From Amphiscolops sp. MND2022 (Eukaryota), in NCBI GenBank assembly GCA_964187785.1, contig OZ076410.1, positions 54,932,001 to 54,996,000 of the forward strand: 64,000 nucleotides of DNA, written 5' to 3'. How positions within the stretch are numbered: position 1 is the stretch's first letter; each line of letters starts with the position of its first letter. Below the pieces are notes generated by a model. The model saw only the letters and a program-made list of their open reading frames with translations. It ran no database searches and had not been told where the DNA came from. The position numbers and the translations under genes are program-made. This document shows positions 58,001 through 64,000 of this stretch, piece after piece.

Positions 58001-58687
58001 ATTGTTGAAACCATAATTAATTAAATAAATAATCGGATAGGGTCTTGAGATTACTATTGGCCGAGGTTACTATTGCTCAACCAATCGGCTGTGAACATGT
58101 TATCAACACTTGATTTACGAATGAGGAAATGCACCGATTTTCAGCAGCACATAGCAGCTTCTGCGTCCACCTTGGGATTGGGGATATTCAGTCTCTACGC
58201 TCTCCCAAAATAACGATATATAATACAACTGCAGCCAGTGTGGGTTCCAAAAAGAACTATTTTCGTAACAGTCAAAACGACATAAGCAATTTCAGCTTTT
58301 ATGGTTAAAACGTGTAGTGAATTTATCATAGAAACAAAATCAGATGAAAAATTCTGCGAGCGAGGAAGGAAAAAAGCTGGGGATGGAAATATTAGTTATT
58401 GCTAGGGCGTATTTTGCTCACCATTAATCGAACCGCACTTTCTTCTCCAATTTTTCCCAGTCCAACTGCCTTCAAAGGTCTCTTGGTCCGCTTGGATGGA
58501 GGGTCTTTGCAAATGTTATCGAAAGGAATTCTGAATCGGTCAAATTCAATCTTGGGATTGACAATCAGTATGACCATGTCGTAACCATTTTTCGTACGGC
58601 CGTTGTACTCTTTGAAATACCGGTATTCCGAAACTGTGTGCACTTGCGCATGTGATGATTCATCTTCTCTGTCTTTTGTGTAATCAC
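18783..58687 (-). CDS. Host S1-family serine protease gene, partial (5' exons with His57 not found in the window)
   Basis: Exons 58687-58422 (phase 1 to 0), 39731-39617 (0 to 1), then 21178-20907 or 19051-18783 (1 to stop) join with GT-AG boundaries in frame: ...GYDMVIL...ICKDPP...VGLG...AVRLM|QVTL...C...EIC...APCVG|DSGGP... Confidence 0.85.
20907..21178 (-). CDS. Serine protease terminal exon A (paralogue of B)
   Basis: Long pyrimidine tract then TTTTAAG|GT; encodes GDSGGPLFVMDPQNGRPVCLYGVTSYSVSGKRCGAYSPVVFCRVSYYL...WEILFIALTVLSTHKQ*; AATAAA about 70 nt past the stop (20835-20840, minus strand). Confidence 0.88.
21421..21852. mobile_element. Non-autonomous repeat with asymmetric subterminal inverted repeats (Helentron/DINE-1-like, tentative)
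   Basis: Begins TTTTAGTCGGCGC and ends GCGCCGACTT...CGTTCTCGTCTTGT, with internal AAGGGTCCC units; related copy at 40751-41285 and a degenerate piece at ~19600-19800. Confidence 0.55.
22656..23699. mobile_element. MITE-like element with CCCGGG terminal inverted repeats and AAGATCTT subterminal arrays
   Basis: CCCGGGTTGACCCTC ... GAGGGTCGACCCGGG (14/15 inverted match); flanks AA and AA; many (C)AAGATCTT(G) motifs at both ends; no ORF. Confidence 0.7.
24043..25143 (+). repeat. Gypsy-2 5' LTR
   Basis: TGTCATGCCC...GTTCCGACA; direct repeat of 38139-39239. Confidence 0.97.
24822..26360 (+). CDS. gag: Gag (512 aa), first 107 codons inside the 5' LTR; two CCHC zinc knuckles
   Basis: VPLFKGNRDKYNEFE capsid-like segment; CRYCAIYGHKWAEC and CQICGYTGHSAKDC (CX2CX4HX4C). 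Confidence 0.93.
   Translation: MVITRSQSSRNRQIDTENMDRTSDNESETSFPELLSREQMVDLDSDDVLTRRQNSSNYDIDRRFNEINRQIGDLTNIVLTLTNQFASVNGEGNRLNPVTTSTDSRSDMVTGVSNPRPSGSRTTPPNGTPRSDESMPQIADVMTEIHHLRSTMGETLTHPKILQTQVPLFKGNRDKYNEFEHLLLNHLRPHAHKLTEEQKLNYFQSLLRDDAIEFWQTLTITTETTLRDILTAFKKEYAKEELSEVSKFKFDQLRYDPATESFSTFLANYKKIAKQAYGEKAQEIVQTFLFAKLPIQLQNELAIAGKHNASIEDIKTFVQRRCQYAQLLPNQQLLQPFNQAIQTQEVPNKPVTQKRNETDRPTIKRKFDGNCRYCAIYGHKWAECRKRQRDEAAGNNNSQAQKKPEQQNNNHAETQPKYNAKLVCQICGYTGHSAKDCRHRIPQTSAYGSVPYNRQTTTENRDFRRDFRRAHNSPYPANEMNDVAPGDQQQQISDEYYQQDFIEPSSSQPKNF
25144..25157 (+). promoter_or_regulatory. Primer binding site TGGTGACAGGAGTC
   Basis: Directly after the LTR end; same as the Gypsy-1 PBS; lies within the gag reading frame. 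Confidence 0.85.
26348..26354 (+). promoter_or_regulatory. -1 ribosomal frameshift slippery site A AAA AAC
   Basis: Canonical X XXY YYZ heptamer just before the gag stop; the -1 frame is open from 26351 into pol. The same AAAAAAC-stop motif ends gag in Gypsy-1 (8850) and Gypsy-3 (52644-52638). Confidence 0.8.
26351..31153 (+). CDS. pol: Pol polyprotein: aspartic protease, reverse transcriptase, RNase H, integrase
   Basis: LLDTGA; KLDCSQAY...YVDDI; CDASEHAAG...TDNKAL...NPAADYLSR; HDDPLQGHPG...CQDC; EIDLVG...TDKG...GMVERSH; WEGPY; no stops. Confidence 0.96.
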   Translation, partial: KLLKPRHSTDHYNNKVRNTNNYYYTKNYKKWTTDLRQDQKPMTSITHETTNNEANSPSEPTDVKLQPTEDGQHSNLTTTTDCTKKTTNRKKDVAIQVLTATLQLNKKDKMLYVPLQFRAYENHGLLDTGAIRSAMSEDELRRILSAHPAALLEEYPAPDFKVQIANGSIVPVRKQVLLRFFIGGKVFEETFMILPTMGNILIGMSFFKKYSVTLDLANNVVKFPDITLQLKPERGRYKVQMLELRTSQKIVVQPDHQIMVPVIAEKDLGTIQGTVETFPAFERKTQLLVSPALTQITEMKSHVQITNLTCHTITLNPNTTVATFRIMTPNQAKNLQPMSNEQLTLITKYPDEADNVLNQLFQEPGTETNRRWYPTPETCDDPSKLNRIERRIYDEITKLREEEKLDPTADDKQRQEFLASFKWENSILDEHERQQIENLLVKYNNVFARHRLDIGINTDFKIKLTPKHDEPVYAQSLPTPTNLKDDLLVELALMQEYGIITTLPYSKYSSPIFAQRKPNGKLRILVDLRRINHLLKNDYNQHNHPVTTIADAAQHMAGKKYFCKLDCSQAYHCLQMADEQSIQLLAFNFGSRTFAYLRLAQGLNRSLSAFNSTVREYVDALVKADKCAQYVDDIGIAAHTVDELLSNIEAVFQQIQKAGLKLSMSKCAFGHPQIDFLGRSITSKGVAPLEDKIDNFLKKIKLPTSVKSLQRYIGFVQFYRQYIPRLAEKLTPLYKLLQKDVKFQLTQQQKDIIFEINENLAKAAKLSLRLPLPDKQLVIMCDASEHAAGYVLLIEDYTETNDGPMKTYAPVSFGSQRFTEGQMSLTMYAKEFLAMHFAFDEFAHILWGVKKPTIVMTDNKALTRFFQSKRIPPKLWNYCDQTLQFEFVLAHVPGTENPAADYLSRLDIRPEERIHLKLNDEIPVFHVEIDLASRTPKQDEEEEEYIPDDQQTTTTKQNEAINAILDQVPICSDESSGQFRERIETIRHQITPIITGQHDEMTFTRFRRKLHDNVVNQVCPNGEFQIIQDQAVNLDIQRMIRILNQKETLPNHVNFESQFFQKLVKNKKRLEVVNNVLYRNFFDGTGKIKCKQIVTPSETIRKIIQSLHDDPLQGHPGCNKMLHELRKRYYSPNLSELVLQYVSNCQDCIRSKPIRKAEITPPLQQIYDPCNGPEDILEIDLVGELPPSNGFTHILTACDYFSRYLFAIPIRKPDTKSVVEALMQIFTQHSYVPKTILTDKGTTFTSQLLTALMESAGIKIEHASVKHAQTIGMVERSHQKLKQILKINVSADSPQWHKYVNMAVMAHNTTYHQAIRCTPTEVFHGRIPFNALDVKFGHPLTEQRNTTDVTGILDNMNKKFQQTHDNIIEAFHKYKNYYDRKAQASPLKVNDFTFLLNKRLSQQSDKIPFKEFKWEGPYKVVKVLSNSNYIIRKIGTLRTQCVHRMRLRPFTPNAPIEDIQDDTSQYYEDPDALNEQELFDNHLPDHVHEQPQQAIPEQSDFEELHADHGMIYYERHSLEPDQNISIPESRAETQEPQPDNVSMNNSERQTNDCPPATSRNTMSRYGLRHNPKPTTYPDFLMHELHGTPSLQQLLLKNRNL
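33037..34316 (-). CDS. Antisense gene terminal exon: helical region, hATC-like segment and basic/acidic tail
   Basis: Open for 426 codons including the stop; LSLLPLDP, SLWLSYPSW...IMEILF, NTALSDGIMLSSLHIV; tail SKRK...GKPGKKGKR (NLS-like) then EESSDEED. Confidence 0.75.
33037..37311 (-). CDS. Antisense 7-exon accessory gene inside Gypsy-2; predicted 1092-aa zinc-finger plus hAT-transposase-like protein
   Basis: Exons 37311-37083, 36943-36806, 36587-36219, 36065-35503, 35335-34847, 34701-34491, 34316-33037 (3279 nt = 1093 codons including TAG). Introns 139, 218, 153, 167, 145 and 174 nt, all GT-AG, phases 1,1,1,0,0,1, all compatible. Confidence 0.82.
35503..36065 (-). CDS. Antisense gene exon 4 with a C2H2 (BED/TTF-like) zinc finger
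   Basis: RCRLCRVDLSIAGRGLHNLWDHWKGREH; acceptor TTTTAGCAG|GT and donor CAG|GTAATA. Confidence 0.8.
38125..38138 (+). promoter_or_regulatory. Polypurine tract AAAAAGGGGGGGAA
   Basis: Abuts the TG start of the 3' LTR. Confidence 0.92.
38139..39239 (+). repeat. Gypsy-2 3' LTR
   Basis: Direct repeat of 24043-25143; its ORF 38918-39310 matches the Gag N-terminus for 107 aa, then reads into host DNA. Confidence 0.97.
39617..39731 (-). CDS. Serine protease internal exon (QVTLTEIDVDECRETFNSSAPLDSEICVKTKGSRAPCV-G)
   Basis: Acceptor TTGTTGCAG| and donor G|GTAAGT; 115 nt, phase 0 to 1; supplies the two Cys and the C-x-G that precede DSGGP. Not shown in the ORF track. Confidence 0.85.
40667..42700 (-). 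repeat. Gypsy-3 3' LTR, split by an insertion; inner boundary unresolved
   Basis: Encodes a Gag-N-like remnant (TRNQKRK...VAGPSKAK...ITSELKGLL...YIPTRSF...SRN) homologous to the Gypsy-1 LTR ORF; same terminal GTCGTAACA. Confidence 0.6.
40751..41285. mobile_element. Second copy of the Helentron/DINE-like repeat, inserted into the Gypsy-3 LTR
   Basis: Same ends as 21421-21852 (TTTTAGTCGGCGC ... GGCGCCGACTTTGGCCGTTCTCGGCTTGT); repeated AAGGGTCCCCC; no clear TSD. Confidence 0.6.
43053..43500 (-). pseudogene. Gypsy-3 accessory sense ORF remnant, unknown function
   Basis: Pieces MLRMAPGTTKGERISAWPRNPDSF...EDPAP and ...YLEKLEGRSVLPRSRDEAAGPHVFEMKDPFHHFHQPG, broken by a stop and a frameshift. Confidence 0.4.
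44030..46400 (+). pseudogene. Decayed antisense zinc-finger/hAT-like cassette of Gypsy-3
   Basis: FHCMICRRDV...RG..VF...EH..QDVAYR..KDLPVF...MEPLLLS (~45190-45360) parallels Gypsy-2 exon 4; ICRALSPHVL...FGF...VRTW (45692+) parallels exon 5; GT/AG splice-like sites remain. Confidence 0.6.
46739..47804 (-). pseudogene. Gypsy-3 sense ORF remnant directly downstream of pol, unknown function
   Basis: Overlapping fragments 47804-47415, 47410-47174 and 46951-46739 in shifting frames; no env-like signal peptide or TM pattern recognised. Confidence 0.4.
47960..52630 (-). pseudogene. pol: Gypsy-3 pol remnant
   Basis: RHRLDIGINNNFKV, HRFGIITTLSFSKYASP, PYVDGIG, HVDGAQNTAADFFSR, GILERTHASIK, FNLRPN. 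Confidence 0.85.
52635..53447 (-). pseudogene. gag: Gypsy-3 gag remnant
   Basis: ALTESLPIFDGKSDKFQLFEDLF, ARARCEWDALKFDP, KMPDNVKQILNRAYLE; ends PKN* on AAAAAAC-TAG. Confidence 0.85.
53560..53995. repeat. Diverged repeat related at its end to the Helentron/DINE-like family
   Basis: Ends GCACCGACCTATGCCTTTCCCGACTTGT, resembling GCGCCGACTTTGGCCGTTCTCGGCTTGT; left boundary uncertain. Confidence 0.35.
54380..54674. repeat. Partial MITE arm with AAGATCTT-type motifs
   Basis: Repeated TCTTGCAAGATCTTG and CAAGAATCTT motifs ending CACACTGGG; same motif vocabulary as 22656-23699. Confidence 0.4.
55930..57960. repeat. Foldback repeat with TTGCTACTAG / CTAGTAGCAA motifs, interrupted by another MITE
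   Basis: GGACACTTG(C/T)TACTAG at ~55938 and ~56208; inverted CTAGTAGC arrays at 56300-56345 and 57895-57955. Confidence 0.5.
56380..57840. mobile_element. MITE-like element with inverted arms of AACTCGTCGAA repeats
   Basis: Left arm AACTCGTCGAA arrays (56440-56560); right arm TTCG(G/A)CGAGTT-type motifs (57610-57690); shorter sister copy at 62120-62630. Confidence 0.65.
58422..58687 (-). CDS. Serine protease exon containing the catalytic Asp (GYDMVIL)
   Basis: Acceptor GATTTTAAG|GT and donor ATG|GTGAGC; 266 nt, phase 1 to 0; DYTKDRED...HTVSEYRYFKEYNG...GYDMVILIVNPKIEF...ICKDPP...AVGLGK...AVRLM. Confidence 0.85.
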
Positions 58688-59339
58688 CTTAAAATCACTA
58701 GAAATTAAATTTTTCGAAAACTTTCAGGAAAAATCAAATATTTTAACCAATAATCAGTTTCGTTCAATGCTGGATGATAAAAGCGAATGACCAATTGATT
58801 GAAGTGCGATTGTAGAGGACCTAGACAGCTTAAATGGATTAGTCTACATTTGTGGTATTTTATTAGTACATGCCAAATAAGTGCAAAAGAAGCATGAGCT
58901 GATTCATACTGAAACAAGATAGAGAACAAATGAGTTTGATGATTGATTTCCTTTTACATAACAAGATAGAATACAACACGGCGCATTCAGAATAACCATT
59001 AAGGTTACATCCAATAACCGCAAAATTCAACAGAACGATATGAAGGAAACATGGAAACAACCCCAAGGAGTGGGGGAACAGGAATGACGTCGACGGAACC
59101 ACGGTCAAGTGGACAACTACTACCCAACGATACATTGAACAGGACGGCAGACCGGACCTATACCCAGAAACTTACCATTCCAACATTGGAAAAGCAGGAC
59201 CAAACCGATGCAAACATGAGGTAGCGGAAGTTTGTATAGTATGAAAAAATGACAAATTACATCGTTCTGTTAACCAAAACAAAAAGCAAGGAATTCCTTC
59301 CAATGCAGCGATCAACCGGAAACAAAAATCAAAGGCATA

Positions 59340-62300
59340 TTCTTTTTGCGATTAGACGAACCGCTCTCAACATAGCAGGGCTGATTTTCTGACATCAAAC
59401 GAGAAAACGGAGAAGCAGCAGCAGACGTCTTGAAACGGATCCTTGAAGTAGAAAAGAACCGCGGCTGATTTCCTACCATAAAACTTTCTATCTCTCATTG
59501 GAAAGTCTACCAGTGATTGCGATCGAGAGCTAACGATCAGGAAAAGCGATATATAGGTAGATGCAATAACGAATGCAATACATGAGTACTTGTACGAAAA
59601 GCCGTGAGTACATGTTCCGCAAAAAGGAAAACTCTCTCCCCCACCTTTGGAGGCAGACCTGCCAGTAAACGCTGGACTCTCCCAACGTGTTTTCTGCACT
59701 TGAGACACTTCAATTTAACATTTCGAAGTTTAATTATCCAATAATTTTGCAGCAAAAGACTGCGACGATATCTCTTCCTTCGTGATAGTTATTTCCGCAT
59801 GCATCTTCAATCATTTTTTCCTTAGTGTGGCTTCGCAGATAGCAAAGTTGTAAGTTTCATATGATAACTCGCTTCAGCATGACAAAGTCGTCCTCTTAAG
59901 CCCATGAGGTTCTGATCGTCCAATAATGGTGATAGTTTGTTCAAGTGATCAGATGCTGTCATTGGTTTAGCTCCAGCAAATGCTCGATGAGTTGGACCAA
60001 AGCTATCAGTTTGAGTTTTCCGCAGTAGCTATCGGATCACCAGCTGCACTTTTTTCACTTTCGATCGGACACGAACGATTTAGTCGAAGATCCGTGTAAG
60101 ATTTCAGAAGGAACTGAGCTTCTCACAATCGATGTCCTTTTCTTCCAACTCGACACTCCAAACTTGTTCCGTTTCTTCTGGTTTCTGTTGAGAAAAAACT
60201 GCGGTGAGGTTTGTGGCCATGCAACTTTTACTCTCGAAGCCATGCCGGACCTGTGATCAATTCGATCTTTCTCAATTCATGAACAGATTTTCCTCTTGTT
60301 CCAATGACGGCCGGGTTTACGGTTCCTTTGGAATGTCTCCATTGATCAAAGATTGAATTATCCAAAATTTCTGCCTCGGTGTTTGCCACAACACCGGTTG
60401 CTTCTTTGTCAGCTTGATACAACCATTGCCAAACCGTTGTCGATTCCGTCCAAAAGAAAGTTGGTTTAATTTCAGTATAGTGTTCATCTACATTGCGTTT
60501 AGTGTTTTCAAGCTCTTTTTCATCAGCAATTATCACAAACTTTTTTTTGTCCACATCAATTGTCTCTTGGTTATGTTATCTCTATTGCTCCACCTATTCC
60601 AGTCGGCGCTCGAAAATTTGCCAGTAACTCATTGCTGGATTGTAATGACTTGGCAAAAGTGACTTTACGGCTTTCGAATGTAGTCCGACCTCACACTACT
60701 CTCCTTCGAACTTCGTGATTGCCTTGAGCATTTCAAGGGCTCGCTCATCTTCCTTGGACCTCTCTGACACGCTGCAGTTGGAAGCATACGATTCCCTTAC
60801 CCACCAAGTTTTCCTCTGATCCGCCAATGTGTACACTTCTGCTGCAACTAGGCTTCCAGTGCGGGATTCGCAGTCTCTCGTAGAAGCAAAGGTCTACAGA
60901 GCATCCATCTTAACTTCGTTCGCACTGCCCAAGTCTTTGAATTTCCACATTTTCTGTGTTCTGTTGCTTCAGGCAAGTGATAAGAATCTTGGCCCAAGAT
61001 GACTTTAATATCTTCCAACTTGATGGTAGAGTCTTTCCAAAATGATATGAGAATATGCTTCCTTCAATTTTCGAGATTCTACAATCAATTTTCCTCATTC
61101 ACGTTGGGATGACTAAAGACCATAATGTTTTCGTCATTTTTTGCGTGCTGGAGACCAATCTGTACTCGAAATCTTTTGCTACTGATATCTGACGTTCTAT
61201 TGATCCTTGCGGGTTTGAAATCAACTGGATGCTCCGTCAAAATTAGAGTTTTCATCTAATTTTGGTCTACAAAAGACAGAATTGCTTCAGAGGTGTACAA
61301 AGAGAGCTTTTTCAGTGTTGTGCTTCCTCTCCCTAATGTTACCGGAATGACTGGAAGCACTACACTCTTTCTCTTTGAGGACAGGTTAGAGACCTCCTCA
61401 AAATTTTCAATCATTTGCGTTTGTTCCACGTTCTTGCACGGTCCATGAATCACTCTGTGATGAAGTTTTCTGCATCCATTGATGTTCCACGCCCCATATT
61501 ATATTTCAGCAGTGTATCCCAAACCAGCAATCGCATCTTTGGTTTTGCCCGTGAACATGGTATTCAGGTAATTCATCTTCAAATTGTTTACTATATTCCG
61601 CGTAGATGGTTGTTTGAAATAATTGTGACAATTCTGGCTACTTCAAGTGTCCCTGGAGGATCTTTATAGCTCTTACTTTGGCCGGCCGGATCTGATGTTA
61701 TAGTCGTCTCTTGCATTCGTAGCAGTGTTTGGCCCTTGATTTGGCAAAAACTGCTTTTGCGTGTTCGCGGACTGTGGTACTTCAAATGCACCACTCCGGA
61801 TGACTCCATTTGTAAGCTGTAACCAATTGTGGCCGGCACTAATTGTCATTGACAACTTCGATATTTCAATTTTCACTTCTGGTTGTACCGTTGCGCCTTA
61901 CTGCCAGCACAGTGGTCAGTCGTTCTTCTGTCCAGTCCATTATCCAGCAAAGTGGTTTCTGTGGATATGGTCAGTTCCAATGAGGGTCAAGTCTCTTGCT
62001 TTCGCGGAATATTGTCCTCCGTGTGTTTGTTCTACTGTATTCACGGGTCTTCAGCCTAGCCACGTTTTCAGCTGCTCCGGTTTTGTCCATCCATACTGAC
62101 AGGTTCTTCAAACTTTTGTCCTGTAACCCGGCACGCAAGACACGCGGGGATATGCGAAAAACTCGTCGAAAACAACTCGCTGAATGCTACTCGTCGAAAG
62201 CAACTCGTCGAATCCAAAGGGCGGAAAACTGGTTGAAAAATAACTGATCGAATAATAATTGAGTGCAAGCTCGTCGAATAACTAGAGATTACCCACAGCG

Positions 62301-63500
62301 CTAATTATGAAATAAAGTTTGTTAATTGATGCGTGAAATTTTCAGTTTTACGAATAACATAGTTTGGAAACATTTCACTTTTATAGTGTACAGTGCAACA
62401 CTTCATAATAATTTAGAACTTCGTTACACGATATGATCACGAAGTTAGGCTTATATTTATTTCTCTGAGATTATTATCTGTTCTTGCGACGAGTTTACCG
62501 CCGGACAATTTTCGGCGTGTTGCTTTTCGACAAGTTTTCCCCTTAGTTATTTTGAACAGTTGTTTTCGGCGAGTTGTTTTCGACGAGTTGTTTTCGACGA
62601 GTTGTTTTCGACGAGTTTATTGGATTCTTTTGAGGGACAGTTCTTCTTTCAAGTCAGCTGTTTCCTTTCGTTTTGCTTCACGTTCCAGTTTCCCCAGACG
62701 GGTTTGCCGTTCTTCTTGCTCTTGTAAAGCGTTTAGTTCCAATCGCAGAACTCGTCTAGCACTTGTTTTGTTTTAAATCATATATTTTTTTGTTGCTTTT
62801 GATTTTTTCACAATTGTATGCTCAATTTTTCTGATGGCAAGGATCTAGCTTCTTCGTTTTGCTCCTAGTTGTCATCCGCGTTGTGACCATCACGCCTGCT
62901 AGTATTTGTTTGACGTTTTCCAGATTTCGCAGAATGGCTCCCGCTTCTCTTGTTTCCAATGAACCTTCGGATTCTACTTTGAGTTCAGATCGTTTTCGAA
63001 GCAATTATTGATTTGCTTCCGTATAATTTTCTTCGACCGTTTGCGATTCGATCATCACGCAACCTATCGTTGCTTACAAGTCTCTCATCATTAGCACGTC
63101 TCTTTTCCTCAAGATCTAAAAGGCGTTGTATTTCATCGTGCATTGCTGACATCTGTTTTGCTAGAGTTTTGTCTCCTTCCAAGGCTAGAGTTTTTTGCTG
63201 CAACTCACCAAAGCAGTTCCGCATCGCTTCGTTCATTTGTGAGAACATTTCGGGTATCTGCGGTTGGTACTTGAGTAAAATTGCATTTTCGACAGCCTTT
63301 ATCAGTCGTTCTTTCCTGCTAATGGCATCTGTTCCTCGTAACAGTAACTCTCCTATCTGCTTGTGGTCTACGAGCTAGCTTCTCATCAATTTCGCTGACA
63401 GCCCTACCGTGCCCGACAGCTGTATCCCTGAAATTCCCAATTTGGGCTCTCCGCTGAGTTCTTCAGAAAGTCTTAAATTTTGTTGAGGTCAATCCGTTTG
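59340..63500 (-). mobile_element. Heavily deleted BEL/Pao element
   Basis: Gag-like MTTRSKTKK and coiled coil (62.8-63.3 kb); VLPVIPVTL; FFWTESTTVWQWL; QWRHSKGTVNPA..TRG...GPAWL; YWIIKLRNVKLKCLKC. Large internal deletions. Confidence 0.75.
62120..62630. mobile_element. Short copy of the AACTCGTCGAA MITE inserted in the BEL gag
   Basis: Shares both arms with 56380-57840 (AGAGATTACCCACAG; CTGAGATTATT.TCTGTTCTTGCGAC) but has a shorter interior. Confidence 0.65.
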
Positions 63501-64000
63501 TACTCAACCATATCTTGCCTCAGCACTGGAGTTCAAGTTCCATAGTCACAATAGCCCAGTCTTCCAGCGACACACTGGCACCAACCTCACAGAGACACAA
63601 TAGCTCCAATCTCCCAGAGACACCATAGCACAAACACCACAAGTCACACGATTATCCTTCTTGGACAATCTCCTCCAGTTGTTTCCACCAACGAGTGGTC
63701 TTCTTGGTCTTTGTCCGGGTTGGCAAACCAATTGTACCGGCTGCATGCCCAGATACAACGCTGAAGGTTCATGCGCTTTACACCTACAAGCCCCTCCTCG
63801 CCTCCGATCTGGTCCGGTGTTTCGTACTGTGGATGATTTCCTGGCTTTTGTGTTCTTGTAAAGGACTGGACTTATGGTGGGTCCGATTTGCCCTATAGGA
63901 TCTCCCGTGATCCGATTTAGCACTAGCGAAAGAGTCTGAAGATATGAGCAGTTAATTAGTCTCATGATCCTGAGACCAAACTTCGCAAAATCTGATGAGT

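Noticed and set aside
56440-62630. CRISPR-like arrays (AACTCGTCGAA, AAGATCTT and 69-bp units)
   Set aside because: The context is eukaryotic, the motifs are short and irregularly spaced with no unique spacers, and there are no cas genes; they are MITE subterminal or LTR repeats.
58688-64000. Protease exon with the catalytic His (TAAHC)
   Set aside because: Not found on the minus strand; the region is BEL remnant, so the exon probably lies beyond the window.

Overview
AT-rich, transposon-dense eukaryotic (invertebrate-like) genomic DNA; no prokaryotic features, RNA genes or CRISPR arrays were seen. The host component is part of a minus-strand S1 (chymotrypsin-fold) serine protease gene: exons at 58687-58422 (catalytic Asp) and 39731-39617, plus two paralogous terminal exons at 21178-20907 and 19051-18783 that each carry GDSGGP. 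Its two long introns (about 18.5 kb each) are largely filled by LTR retrotransposons. The window holds three Ty3/Gypsy elements: one decayed (5786-17017), one apparently intact and young (24043-39239; 1101-bp LTRs, AATAT target-site duplication, open gag and pol), and one decayed on the minus strand (about 40667-53460). It also holds two decayed BEL/Pao elements and several MITE- or Helentron-like repeats. The main discovery is in the intact Gypsy element. Between pol and the 3' LTR it carries an antisense gene of 7 exons and 6 GT-AG introns whose phases all join into one 1092-aa frame (37311-33037). The product looks like a zinc-finger plus hAT-transposase-fold protein without the catalytic DDE residues. 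A decayed homologous cassette sits at the same position in the minus-strand Gypsy element, suggesting a family-wide accessory system. Domain calls are by eye; no searches or alignments were run.
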